A stretch of 40,726 nucleotides of DNA from Thecamonas trahens ATCC 50062 (taxonomy: Eukaryota > Protista > Apusomonadida). The stretch spans positions 518,753 through 559,478 of the forward strand of contig NW_013657672.1 in the NCBI RefSeq assembly GCF_000142905.1, given 5' to 3'. This document shows, in pieces, positions 29,032-39,800 of this stretch. Every line of letters starts with the position of its first letter. Within the stretch, counting starts at the first letter, position 1. The translations under genes were made by a program, and so were the position numbers. The notes beneath the pieces are model-generated. The model was given only the letters and a program-made list of their open reading frames with translations, was not told the origin of the DNA and did no database searches.

Positions 29032-30439
29032 GGGTAGCTCCTCGTTGGCTATCTCCGTCTCTGTCGCCGCTTCGCTCGATGGCCCCAAAAAACCGAGCCG
29101 CAAGCGTTTTCGCCAACCAGGCTACCACTACCCGCTCTAGGAATCGGGGGAGACCGTGGCCAAGCACAAGCCATTCTGTAGCGAGACTGAATGACCCGAG
29201 GCAATGAACAAGACCAGGAGCACATAGTGGGATGCAAGGAGATTATGCTGAGATGGTGCTTGCTCAGTGGTGCTGTCTCTGGCTACCTCTGTGCTGGCTT
29301 GCGGGACAGAGTGCGGGGGGGCGGGAGGGAGGGAAGAGGAGGGAGGGAGGGGAGGGGAGGACGGGAGGCAGCAGCCAACGAGCATGATGGTCTCGTTGGA
29401 GCGGTAGCGAGTGTCCGGAAGGAGGGATTGTATGCTTGCCTCTGTGGGAAGATAGGGAAGAGGTAGAAGAAGCTGAAAGGGATGCAGAGATAGAGTATTG
29501 GAATGGGTACATGGTGGTGGGTAGTGGTGGTGGTGGTGAAAACGGTGTGTATCATGTGTGGACACTGGGAAGGGGGGGCCTCTCCCGAGCTGTCCCGCTG
29601 TTCGTCGTCGTCGAATAGACAGAACAAGTCGGTATGACGCTACTCACCATGGCCATGAGCCTGCTGCTGCGAGGAGCGCGGCTGAACCTTGTCAAGCTCA
29701 TGTCATGTGGTAGTCTCTAACATGGCTAGCAACATTGGTGTACGTACCCCGAGTCGACATGGCGAGACGACTATGGCCGTAGCCGACAGTATCACTGCCG
29801 CTCGCTGCTTGCTCCTCGCTCTTTCTCACGTTTTGCTTGCGTTCAATGCTTGATGAGTGGCCGAGTCGAGTGCACGGAAAAAGCGCGGTAGACCAGCTGG
29901 ATGTGCCGAGATTGTAGGAGGTAGTATGTTACACGATGTAGGGAGATGTCATGACACGCTGAGCGAGGCAAGACATAGTGTACGTGTAGTGGGGGAGAGA
30001 ATGAGAAGTGAGGTGCATGTTAGGGGTAGGTGGGTAGGAGAAAGGTGCTGTGGTGGTGGCGGTTGACAAAGTGGCTGGCCCGGTGGGGCGATTAGTTCAA
30101 TATTTTCCGCCCCAGCTGACAGCTGCCAGCAAGACCTGCTTCACATCTCGGGCCGCCCAGCCCACCTTACCTCTCACCTCTTGCTCCTCCCCCCTTTCTT
30201 TTCAGTCACCTTCACACTCCCAGCCCACCCCCCACCTCACCCCCACCTCACCCCCGCCTCTACACTGCTTTGGATGTTCGTTCGCCGTCCGGCAGCACAT
30301 TTTTTTTCACCTCACGCCCCCAAAGCCACTGTTCGCTCGAAGGCCAATACGATGACGGGAGGAAAAGTGGTGCTGGCCAGCGGTACGTGACGAAAGACAG
30401 GGTATGTGCTACACCAGCCAACACACAACGCAGCGCACC

Positions 30440-33400
30440 ATGAGTTCGGATACGGTGCAGGTACGTGTGCTACACCATCCCCTTCCTTCTGTACCTGCGT
30501 TCTGTGTCCAGTGCGTCCTTCCTCCCTCCCTCCCTCCCTCCCTTCCCCCCCCCCCCCCCTCCTTCCGTCTCCCGCCCTCGGCTGTCTGTCTTCCTCAGCC
30601 CGATGTCGCCGGTGGTGGTGTCTGGTGCACGGTAAAGAGGTAGATGGCGAACAGCCATGTACACGGGCCAGGACCACGAGCCAGGTCCACGAGCCAGGAC
30701 CACGAGCCAGGACCACGAGCAAGTTCCACGAGCCAGGAACACAGGCAATGCGATCCAGCCAGACCGGTGGTTGGTGACCCGGACTCGCCGAGCTGGCTCG
30801 AGTCCCATGTGCATCTGTGTGTTTGTGTGCGGACGTGTACTCATCGGGGCTGTTGTGTGTTTGTGTTTGTGTGTGTGTGCGTGTGTGTGTGCGTGTGTGT
30901 GCGTGCGTATGTGTGATTGTGTGCTTGCTTGCTTGCATGCATGCATGTGCGTGCGTATGGGTGTACGTATGGGTGTGGGTGCGGGTGCGGGCGTGAGGGA
31001 GCAGATTGCGGTGCGGATGCGGCCGTTCAACGCGCGTGAGAAAAAGCTCAAGACGGCCAAGTGCGTGGACATGGTCGGCCAGATGTGCACCGTGACGGAT
31101 CCCGAGTCGGGCAAGGAGCGGCAGTTCTCGTTCAACTACTGCTACGACTCGTTTGAACCGGGCTCGGAAAACTTTGCCTCGCAGGAGATTGTCTTCCACG
31201 ACCTGGGCACCTCGTACCTGGAGAACGCATGGAAGGGATACAACTGCTCGATCTTTGCATACGGACAGACCGGTGCCGGCAAGTCGTACTCAATGACGGG
31301 CGCGCCGGGCCAGCCGGGTATCATTCCGCGCGGGCTGGCGGAGATGTTCCGGCGGATCGACGCCAACGACGACCCGGACCTCTCGTTTCGTGTCGAGGTG
31401 TCGTACCTGGAGATCTACATGGAGAAGATCCGCGACCTTTTCAATCCCAAGCAGGCGGTGCCGAGCCTCAAGGTGCGGGAGAGCCCAAAGCTAGGAATTT
31501 TCGTGGAAGGGCTCAAGAAGAAGGAGGTTGGCTCGTACGCCGACGTGGAGCGGCTGATGGAGATGGGCAACACACTGCGAACAGTGGCGCAGACAAACAT
31601 GAACGCGACGTCGTCACGGTCGCACTCGGTGCTCACGGTGCTGCTGACGCAGACCCGGATCGACCAAGAGTCGATGACTGCGTCGGACATGACGAGTAAG
31701 ATCAACCTCATCGATCTTGCCGGTTCTGAGCGGCAGAACAAGACCGGGGCGTCTGGCCAGCGGCTCAAGGAGGGCTCGGCCATTAACCAGTCGCTCACGG
31801 CGCTGGGCAACGTCATCGAGACGCTTGCCGACCTCTCACAGCTTGACGAGGCCAAACGGGCGCACTCGAAGCGGGTCGTCCCATACCGCGACTCCAAGCT
31901 GACCCGGATTCTGCAGGAGAGTCTGGGTGGCAACGCCAAGACGATCATGGTGGCGGCGATTTCGCCGGCGGCCGACAACTTTCCCGAGACGCTCTCGACG
32001 CTGCGGTACGCGAACCGGGCGTCGAAGATCCAGAACGTGGCGGTCATCAACGAGTCGCCCAACGAAAAGGTCATTCGCGAGCTGAAGGAGGAGGTGACCC
32101 GGCTGCGGGAGATGCTGGCGACGGGCGGCATAGACGTGTCGACCGGCGAGCCCGTGGAGGCGGCCAAGTCGGCCGAGATGGAGGCCGAGCTCCTTGCGCT
32201 CCGTGAGCAGCTCTCGAAACAGTCGGAGTTTATCCAGATGATGGGCCTGACGGCGGAGGATCGCGAGGCGTTCAAGTCGCGGCGGCTGGCGGCCGACATG
32301 GAGGAGATGGAAGGCGACTTGCGCGAGCTGCACGGCATCGACTTTGGGGTCGAGATGACGACGCCGCACCTGGTCAACCTCAACAACGTGTCGCTGGCGT
32401 ACTCGCTCGACGCATCGCAGACGAGCCTCGGTCGGTCGCATAATTGCGACATTGTGCTGGGCGGGGTCCTTGTCCAGCCGGAGCATTGCTCCATCACCAA
32501 CGAGGGCGGCGTGTACACGGTTGTGCCGTCGTCGGCAACGGTGGCGGCGCAGTCGCGCGACGCCGGCGGGATCTCGCGCGGTGGCGTGCTCTTTCTCAAC
32601 GGTGAGCTCGTTGTCGAGCCTGTCCAGCTTGCGTTTGGCGACCGGCTTGTGGTGGGCAACAACCACTACCTGATGTTTGAGGATCCGGCCGCGCGCGAGA
32701 CAGCGGGCGACGCCGCGCCGGTGTTTGACATCATGGCGGCCGTCAACGAGCTGCGGACCAAGGACACGTCGGCCAAGATCGAGGCCGAGGCCGACGAGAC
32801 CGAGGACGAGTCGACGCTCCGCGAGGCGCTGGAGCGGTCGCTGGCAGACGTGCGGCCCGCGCTGCGCGAGGCCAACGCCATTGCGCGGGCCATGGGCCGG
32901 TCGCTCACCTTTGAGTCGGCCTTTGTCTACGACATGTCAGCCGGAGTGGCGTCGGCGGCGACAACGCTCAACGTCAAGGTTGTGCCCGGCAGCGACGACT
33001 CGACGCTCGATGAGCCGCGGACGGTGACGCTCGACGACTTTGAGAACCGGCTCGACCGCATGAAGGACGTGTACCACACGCTCCAGGAGTACGGCGCAGA
33101 CGTGGCGGCCAAAGAGTGTGCGCTCGACGACCCGTTCCACTTTCCGCCCGAGGACGAGCGGTTCGGCCTCGCTCACGTCCTCCTCCTCGCCCTCACCGAA
33201 GGCATCCCGGTCGGCCCGGCCATGACCACGCCGATTTGGGACGGTGACGGCGGCTACCTCGGGACGCTCCAGATCTCCATCTGGCCTGCAACCGCCGACG
33301 GCGCCGTCATCGAGTACTCAGAGCTGCCAGAGGACTGGCTGCTACCGGGCACCACCGCGCACGTTATTGTTGCCCTCGAGTCGGTCACCGGCCTCGCCGC

Positions 33401-33596
33401 CGACCACACCGACATCTACCTCGCCTACACCTTCCCGGGCGCCGCCGAGCGGGTGGTCACACCGCTCTCGTCGCAGGTCGTCACCCACGACTTTGACCAC
33501 GAGGCGCTTGTGCCTGTCAAGGTCACCGAGTCGCTGCTCGAGGCTTTTATGCAGGGCGAGCTGGTCGTCGAGGTCTGGTCGGCCGTCGAAGCGTAG
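30440..33596 (+). CDS. Kinesin-3 family motor with FHA domain (KIF28/KLP-6-like); join(30440..30460,31005..33596)
   Basis: MSSDTVQ|IAVRMRPFN.RE, GQTGAGKS, NATSSRSH, LIDLAGSER, PYRDSKLT, ETLSTLRYA, PHLVNLN + FHA, and EANAIA stalk motif. Confidence 0.95.
30668..30740. repeat. 13-bp minisatellite (CCAGGACCACGAG)n in kinesin intron
   Basis: About 5 copies, followed downstream by GT-rich microsatellite 30850-30990. Confidence 0.85.
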
Positions 33597-33609
33597 TCGG
33601 TGCCTCACC

Positions 33610-34731
33610 TCACTCCAGACACTGACAGAAAGCGCGCTTGAGGCAGCCGCGCGAGTGCGGATGTTCAGCGAGCCACCAGCCCTGAAAGGAGGGCCCCGAA
33701 GTAAAGCCTGCAGCTAGGTCGTGGGCCGAGCCCCAGCGGCCGCGGTAGAGCATCCACCGCGGGCTGCCTTCGCTGATGACCACCGCCGTCTCCGGATCCC
33801 ACACATGGCCGTTTCCAGTGAGGTCGTTGGCAAAGCCGAAGAGGCGCCAGATCCGGCCAGCTCGCGGGTAGAGGCCGTGGCCCGCCTTGGCCACATACGC
33901 CACCAGCCGCCGCGAGTTTGGCGAGGCGAACTGGAGATCGGCAGCGTCGACGTACTCGCCGTCACGCATGCGGTGCGCTGCAAAGTAGGCCCGTGTCACC
34001 TCGCCGCTCTCTCGGTCGACGTACACACTCATGTGCTCGACGTCGGCCTGGTGCTCGCCGGCTGAGCACGCGCCGCAGCAGATGGCGTACGAGCCGTTGA
34101 ACGGATACATTGTGACGTACGTGATAGCCACCTCGCTTCCGTGCTCTTGTACGTGCGCATACACCGGCACGCTCGCTAGATGGTCCGGGTGCGTCCCGAC
34201 CTCGGCGTCGCGATCAATGTCCAGCCGGTAGAGCCACGACTCGGTTGGGAGCGGGAGTTCATCCAACAGCCTCCCCTCGTCTTCAGCCTCGGCAGCGAGG
34301 GCAGTTTGATACGGCGAGGCATACGGATTGAGTAGCGTCTCAACGTTGAGCTCGCCGCGTGGCACCATCAGACGCGATGCAATCCGAGTCTCGCCGTGGC
34401 ACGCGAGCATCGAGTCATACCACAGCTCCGAAGCTTCGATCATCTCCTCTGCCGAGGTCGGAAAGTAGATCTCATCTGGATGCAAAACAAAGACTGGCCG
34501 GTACGTTTGGGCCCAGTAGTTAGCTTCATCGCAATCCAATGTATGCATTGACTTTGTTGCCCCAGTCATCGTCGTTGTTGTGGATGATGTCGGCCGGGAT
34601 GTCATCGAACTCGTCGGTGCCAAAGATGAGTATCGACCGGAGCATTCTGCGTATGTCCCAGAGCCAAGAGTTGACGACTCCAGCAGCGGAGTACTCGCCG
34701 TCTCTGAAGACCATGTCGTCGAGCTTGACAT
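33610..34731 (-). CDS. Vps62/DUF946-like protein
   Basis: Y.PVF.LHPDE.YFP, YPFNG, GEH.AD.EH, YFAAH, YVAK.GHG.Y, Y.GRWG and GP motifs in Vps62 order. The start is uncertain. Confidence 0.8.
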   Translation of the reverse strand: MSSSTTWSSETASTPLLESSTLGSGTYAECSGRYSSLAPTSSMTSRPTSSTTTTMTGATKSMHTLDCDEANYWAQTYRPVFVLHPDEIYFPTSAEEMIEASELWYDSMLACHGETRIASRLMVPRGELNVETLLNPYASPYQTALAAEAEDEGRLLDELPLPTESWLYRLDIDRDAEVGTHPDHLASVPVYAHVQEHGSEVAITYVTMYPFNGSYAICCGACSAGEHQADVEHMSVYVDRESGEVTRAYFAAHRMRDGEYVDAADLQFASPNSRRLVAYVAKAGHGLYPRAGRIWRLFGFANDLTGNGHVWDPETAVVISEGSPRWMLYRGRWGSAHDLAAGFTSGPSFQGWWLAEHPHSRGCLKRAFCQCLE

Positions 34732-35028
34732 GGTGCGGTGGGCCGTGTGAAATGTGTATGGATGTGTGTCCAGGTGAGGTGTGGCGATGTGCGGACAGGC
34801 ACGAAATGGGATGCGATGGGAGAGGGGATGGATGATGTGGATCATCGGGAGGGGGGGTGAGCTGTGGACGGAAGGTGTGCTGTGGGTCGAGGTGACGCCG
34901 CATGGACGAGTCGAGGGCTGGAGCAGGGGCAGGGGCGGGTGTATGGGCAGGGGCAGGCGCAGGGATCGGGGAGGGGCGGGGTGCACTCGTCTCGGTCGAT
35001 CACTTTGGGTTTGAGATCTGAGTGGACG

Positions 35029-36789
35029 ATGCGATCAGCGGCGAATGGCTGGTGTGACAGTGGTAGTGGTGGCGTGGTGGCGGTCATGATGGTGGTCATG
35101 GGGGTGATGGCGGCGGTGGCAGGCGCGGCGAGTGGCAGCAGTGAGAGGCGATACCTGGACCGGCCGAGCTGGGCGATGCGGGCGGCTTTTACGGATCCAA
35201 GCCAATTGAAGCGTGTCAACTGGGGAGGAGAGGGTGGAGCGGACGTCAACGAGATGGAAAGGAGCTCCAAGCACACCATCGTGCACTTTCTGCTGCGCGG
35301 CATGCACGCCCGGCGGGTGTATGACGACGGCGATGCGCTGGAGATGCTCGCAGCAGTGCTCTGCTCGCCCGAGTACATCGCCCACGATGATGCCTGCCCG
35401 CTTGTGACTGCCGTTCATCTCCGGATCATGGAAGCGCTGCCCATCTTTCACCGGTGCGTGTCGCACTCGTGGCTCGGCGAGTGTGTGGGCATGGCCGACG
35501 CTCGTGGGTGGACGGCCCTGCATGTGGCAGCCAGCTCCAAGTCGGCTGCGCATGCAGCTATGGTGGCAAGGGCAGAGCCGAGCGGAGAGTACACGATGTA
35601 CACCCGCAGCCAGCTCGATAGCCTGGTCACTACTACCGAGCTCGAGGCCGTTGTGCGGTATGTGGCGGCGTCGAGCCTTGCGCCTCGGGCGCGGGTGACC
35701 GGTGACACGCCGCTGCACATCGCGCTCGACGCGGAGCGGTACGACGCGGCGCGGGTGCTCCTGGCGCGGGCCAAGGACGATAGCGGCGGCGTGGAGGCTC
35801 AAGCACGGCTGTTGTGTGGTGAGCTCAACAGCGTTGGGCTCTCCGCCCTCGAGCTCGGCGTCCGCCGGGCGGCAGCGTCGGCAGGCAGCACCACGCTGGC
35901 AGCGCGGGCCGCGCTGGCTGCCGAGCTCGGGATCGGTTGCCCTCTGATAGACTTGGGCGACAGCGATGTGTGGGCCGACAACGCCGGGTGGCTCAAGGAA
36001 GGGCCGATGGCGATGGCAAGCGCGCGGAGGCGGATTCCGTCGTGGCGGCTCGGGTGGTACGCCAAGAGCGCGATGGACGCAGTCATGGCACGCCACGGTA
36101 GCGACCGGTGTGATGTGGCCGAGTTTGATGTCATTGCTGATGCGCAGCTGTTGGGCGATAACGAGGCGTTTCGGGCGCTGGTACTCGCGCGGCGAATGCC
36201 GTTTGTAGTCCGCGGGCTCGTAGCTGAGTCGTGGGCGGATGCCCAGATGGAATCGGCGTTCTCCCGGAATACACTCCTCGCCACCTTTGGCCGCGAGCGG
36301 ATCGAGGTGGCGGACATGCCGTACGGCGGCGGGTACGGGCGGAACGTGCGCAAGACAACGCTCAAGAGGTACGTTGCCGAGGTGATGGACGATGGCGGGA
36401 GCAGCCAAGAGTATGTCTTTCTCGGCGCTCCCTCGCATCGGCGGCCGGCGATGCTGGCGGCGGCACGGCTGGAGCGGCCGCAGCTCTTCCGCGACTTTGA
36501 CGTAGTGCTCGAGCAGTTTGCGCTTGGCCCCGCAGGCTCTGGCGCACAGCCGCACTACCACGGGGCGGCGATGAACGGGCTCATTGCTGGGGCCAAGCGA
36601 TGGTACTTTAGCTCGTCGGGCGGGTTCTACAACGGTCCGATGGCTGCATGGCTTGAAGACGAGGGCCAGGTGTGGCGGACAACGTGTATGCAGTTTCCGG
36701 GCGACGTGGTGTTTGTGCCGAGCCTCTGGGGGCATGCGGTGGTCAACGTGTTGCCATCTGTGGCTGTGGCGATCGAGATGCTGGTGTGA
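35029..36789 (+). CDS. Signal-peptide/anchor + ankyrin repeats + JMJD8-like JmjC (cupin) protein
   Basis: Hydrophobic N-terminus, ANK motifs GWTALHVAA and GDTPLHIAL, and JmjC motifs PFVVRG, LGPAGSGAQPHYH, G.KRW, Q.PGDVVFVP..WGHAVVN. Confidence 0.85.
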   Translation: MRSAANGWCDSGSGGVVAVMMVVMGVMAAVAGAASGSSERRYLDRPSWAMRAAFTDPSQLKRVNWGGEGGADVNEMERSSKHTIVHFLLRGMHARRVYDDGDALEMLAAVLCSPEYIAHDDACPLVTAVHLRIMEALPIFHRCVSHSWLGECVGMADARGWTALHVAASSKSAAHAAMVARAEPSGEYTMYTRSQLDSLVTTTELEAVVRYVAASSLAPRARVTGDTPLHIALDAERYDAARVLLARAKDDSGGVEAQARLLCGELNSVGLSALELGVRRAAASAGSTTLAARAALAAELGIGCPLIDLGDSDVWADNAGWLKEGPMAMASARRRIPSWRLGWYAKSAMDAVMARHGSDRCDVAEFDVIADAQLLGDNEAFRALVLARRMPFVVRGLVAESWADAQMESAFSRNTLLATFGRERIEVADMPYGGGYGRNVRKTTLKRYVAEVMDDGGSSQEYVFLGAPSHRRPAMLAAARLERPQLFRDFDVVLEQFALGPAGSGAQPHYHGAAMNGLIAGAKRWYFSSSGGFYNGPMAAWLEDEGQVWRTTCMQFPGDVVFVPSLWGHAVVNVLPSVAVAIEMLV

Positions 36790-36818
36790 TGCGGGGTCTT
36801 TAACGGCGGCAGGGCCGG

Positions 36819-39800
36819 TCAGCGGCGCTTGCGCTGGGCATGCTTCTTCTTGGCGACGCGCTGTGCGCGCTTGCCGGCCTCCTGGGCGGCCGAGACGATC
36901 TTCTCGTACTTGCCCGAGGCCTGGCGGCGATGACGCTTGTTGAGATCCTTGCGGTTGAGCTTGATGTAGGCGTAGGGGTCGGCCTCACCCTTGAGCTTGA
37001 CGTCACCGCCGGCCTTCTTGGCGCGGTACTTTGCACCCGACTGGACCACGGCGCCGTCGTTGCGCTTGGCGCGCTTGTTGGGCTTGTACAGCTTGCGCGG
37101 GCCCGAGCCCTCGACAGCCATGGCAGCGACGCCTCCGCCGTTGTCATTGTCATCGTCGTCTGATCCGTGGCGTGAGCGACGCTTGCGCGATGGCTTGGCG
37201 GCGTGCTCATCGTCGGCATCGTCGTCATTCTCGGCGACGACAATGCGGCCGTCCGAGGCGAGCGGGAGGCCGGCCTTGGCCTTGCCGTTACGTGACGAGT
37301 GGGCGCCGGTAACATTGCCTGCGGCGTCGCGCTTGACGAGGTGTGTGGCGGCGGACGGGTCGAGGAAGTCCATAAACTCGTCGTCGACTTCGCGGACGGC
37401 AAAGCCGGCGTCGGCGTCGGATGCGGGGACATGTGCGGAGTCAGTGGCGTCGTCGTCGTCGTCCGAGTCGACGCCGAGGTAGACATCATTAATGTCGTCG
37501 TCGCCGCCCTTGGCGGCGTGCTTGGCGTTGCGGTCGGCGGACTTGTTCCGGGCGCGAACCTTGAGCTCGTGGCGGAGGTTAGCAAAGTACTTGTTGTGGT
37601 TCTTGGGCACCAGGGCCTTGAGCTCATCAAAGCCGCCGAGGAGCACGACGAGCTTCTCCCAGATGGAGCGGATGATCTTGCGGAAGGAGCCCTTGCGGTG
37701 GCCGGCGTAGTCGAGGGTGGCCTCGGCAATGTCTCCAGCACGGGTGCCGAGGACAGGCGGCGGGACGATCTTGATGGCACGCTCGAGGTGGTGGAGCGCG
37801 GCGCGGACAACGGCGGTCACGTCCGACTTGAGCAGCTGGATGACGGTGGGGAAGGTCTTGATGACAAACGCCTCTGGCAGGTGGTCGCCAAAGCGGACCA
37901 TGATGTAGGTGTAGATGCCGAGCGAGCCTGCGACGAGCTCCGAGTCCGGGTTCGTCACGCCAATGAGGACGAGGGCGGCGAGGGTGGGCATGTCGTAGTC
38001 GGCGTCGCCGGTGGCAACCTGTGTGGCGATGGCCTTCATGAGGTCCATGGCGGCAGCAGCCTTGCCGCTCTCGCGGGTCGCCACAATGAGCTCGACAAGC
38101 AGGGTCGAGTCGTCGGGCGAGACGACGTGCGAGAGGGCGGCGGGCGGGAGGGCGCGGACGAGGGCGGCGACGCACGAGAGGCGAAGCGAGCGCGCGGCCG
38201 AGAGCGATGCCTCTGTGCCGGAGCGAAGGGTGGCAAGGATGCGAGCGAGGTTGGTCTCGAGGAACGACGGCGATGCGGTGATCATGGCGGAGAGGACGCG
38301 GTAGGAGGTCTTTTGCAGAGTGGTGTCGGTGTGTGTCAGCTGCGGCTCGATGACCTTGTACAGCAGCTCGAGCGAGTCGTCCGAGAGGCCACCGACGAGG
38401 ACGACAGCAAGGGCGGTGAGGTTGTGCTGCTGGGCGAGCTTGTCAGCGAGTGGGATGGAGTCATCGGTCGACGACTTGAGCAGGGCCTTGGCAAGCTTGC
38501 GGAAGAGCTTGTCGAGCTTGGGCCCACGGGCGATGTGGGCGTAGGCTTTGAGGGTCGAGCCGAGGTACTCGCGGGCGGACGGGTCGGCGTCGAGGAAGAG
38601 CTTGACGAGGAGGTCGATGAACTCGGGCGCGGCGTCGACGAGGAGGGAGAGGATGGCGTCAGCCTGCTCGAGGGTGAGCGAGGCTTCGAGCGAGGCGACG
38701 CGGCCGGCGGGAGTAAGCAGGGTGTCTGCGGTGACGAGGGCGGCGGCGTAGGGCCCGGCGGTGGGCGGCGGCGAGGGGCGGGCTGCGGCGGCCGAGCCGT
38801 CGTGAACGGCGAGGGCGTGGCTGATGAGGCGGCGGAGACCGGCGCAGACGGTGGTGCGAAGCTCGGGCTCGGACTCGAGGGTGCGGCCCATGAGGGCGGC
38901 AAGGCGGTCCCAGACCTTGGGCACGTCGACGGGCGAGCGGCAAAAGGCCGGGAAGAGGTCCCACAACAGGAGTGCGCGCATGGAGAGGTTCTTGGCGAGG
39001 ACGGGCATGTCGTCGTCGTTGAGCGCCGAGAGCGAGCGAGCGAGGATGGCGTTGGCGGCCGGCTCGATGTACTGCATAAAGTACTGCAGCTTGGCACGGA
39101 CGACGTACTTCTTCATAACCAGCAGCATCCAGTCGTTGGCCGGCGCCGGGTTAGCGGCGGTGTCCTCGGGCGGGACGAGGGCCATGGGCACGACGGCACA
39201 GACCGGACCAGGGCCAAAGGCGCGGAGCGCCTCGCCAACGCAGTGGTACAGGGCGCGGGTGTCCTTAAAGTCGGGCGAGGCGGCAATGTCGGAGAGGCGA
39301 GCGAGGATGCCGGAGCTGATGCCGGCCTCGAATGCGGCGCGGACAGCGGTGTTGTGCTCGTCGGCACCGGGCGCCTCGGAGCGGTCAAGAGTGAGCGGGA
39401 TGAAGAGGGCAGAGGCTGCGGCGAGGACCGCGCCCCACACGTTCTTGTGCTTGAAGGAGAGGCCGGCGGCGACGGCGGCGATGACGGCCTGGAGCGAGCC
39501 GGAGCCGAGGTGGCCGAGCTCGACGACCGAGGCGAGGACGCGGCGGAGGCCGTTGAGGGCGGCCTGAGCGAGCTGGCGCGAGTCGTGAGAGAGGAGGTCG
39601 ATGCAGCGGGAGACAAAAGCGGGGACGCGGTCGCCGGCGGCGGCGGTGTTGACGAGGCCGAGAACAAAGAGCGCGTTGCGCATGACCTTCACGTACGCGA
39701 TCTCGACCTCGACGTCGATGCCGGTGGTGGAGGCAATGGATGACGCAGCCTTGGCCGACGCACCGACGTCCATGGCGAGGGCCGACGCCGTCGCGCTGCC

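Noticed and set aside
29032-29103. ORF-track N-terminus of B56 read through the gap
   Set aside because: Non-ATG start and continuity depends on Ns. The region looks intronic.
30668-30740. CRISPR-like array (also 15663-15722, 12451-12515)
   Set aside because: Contiguous tandem units without unique spacers, eukaryotic context and no cas genes.
30657-31004. Cys/Val-rich N-terminal extension of kinesin in the ORF track
   Set aside because: Translation of intronic GT microsatellite. The true start is the MSSDTVQ micro-exon.
37299-39743. 814-aa antisense ORF over RRP12 (and similar long antisense ORFs throughout)
   Set aside because: Shadow ORFs caused by codon bias in high-GC genes, with no recognisable motifs.
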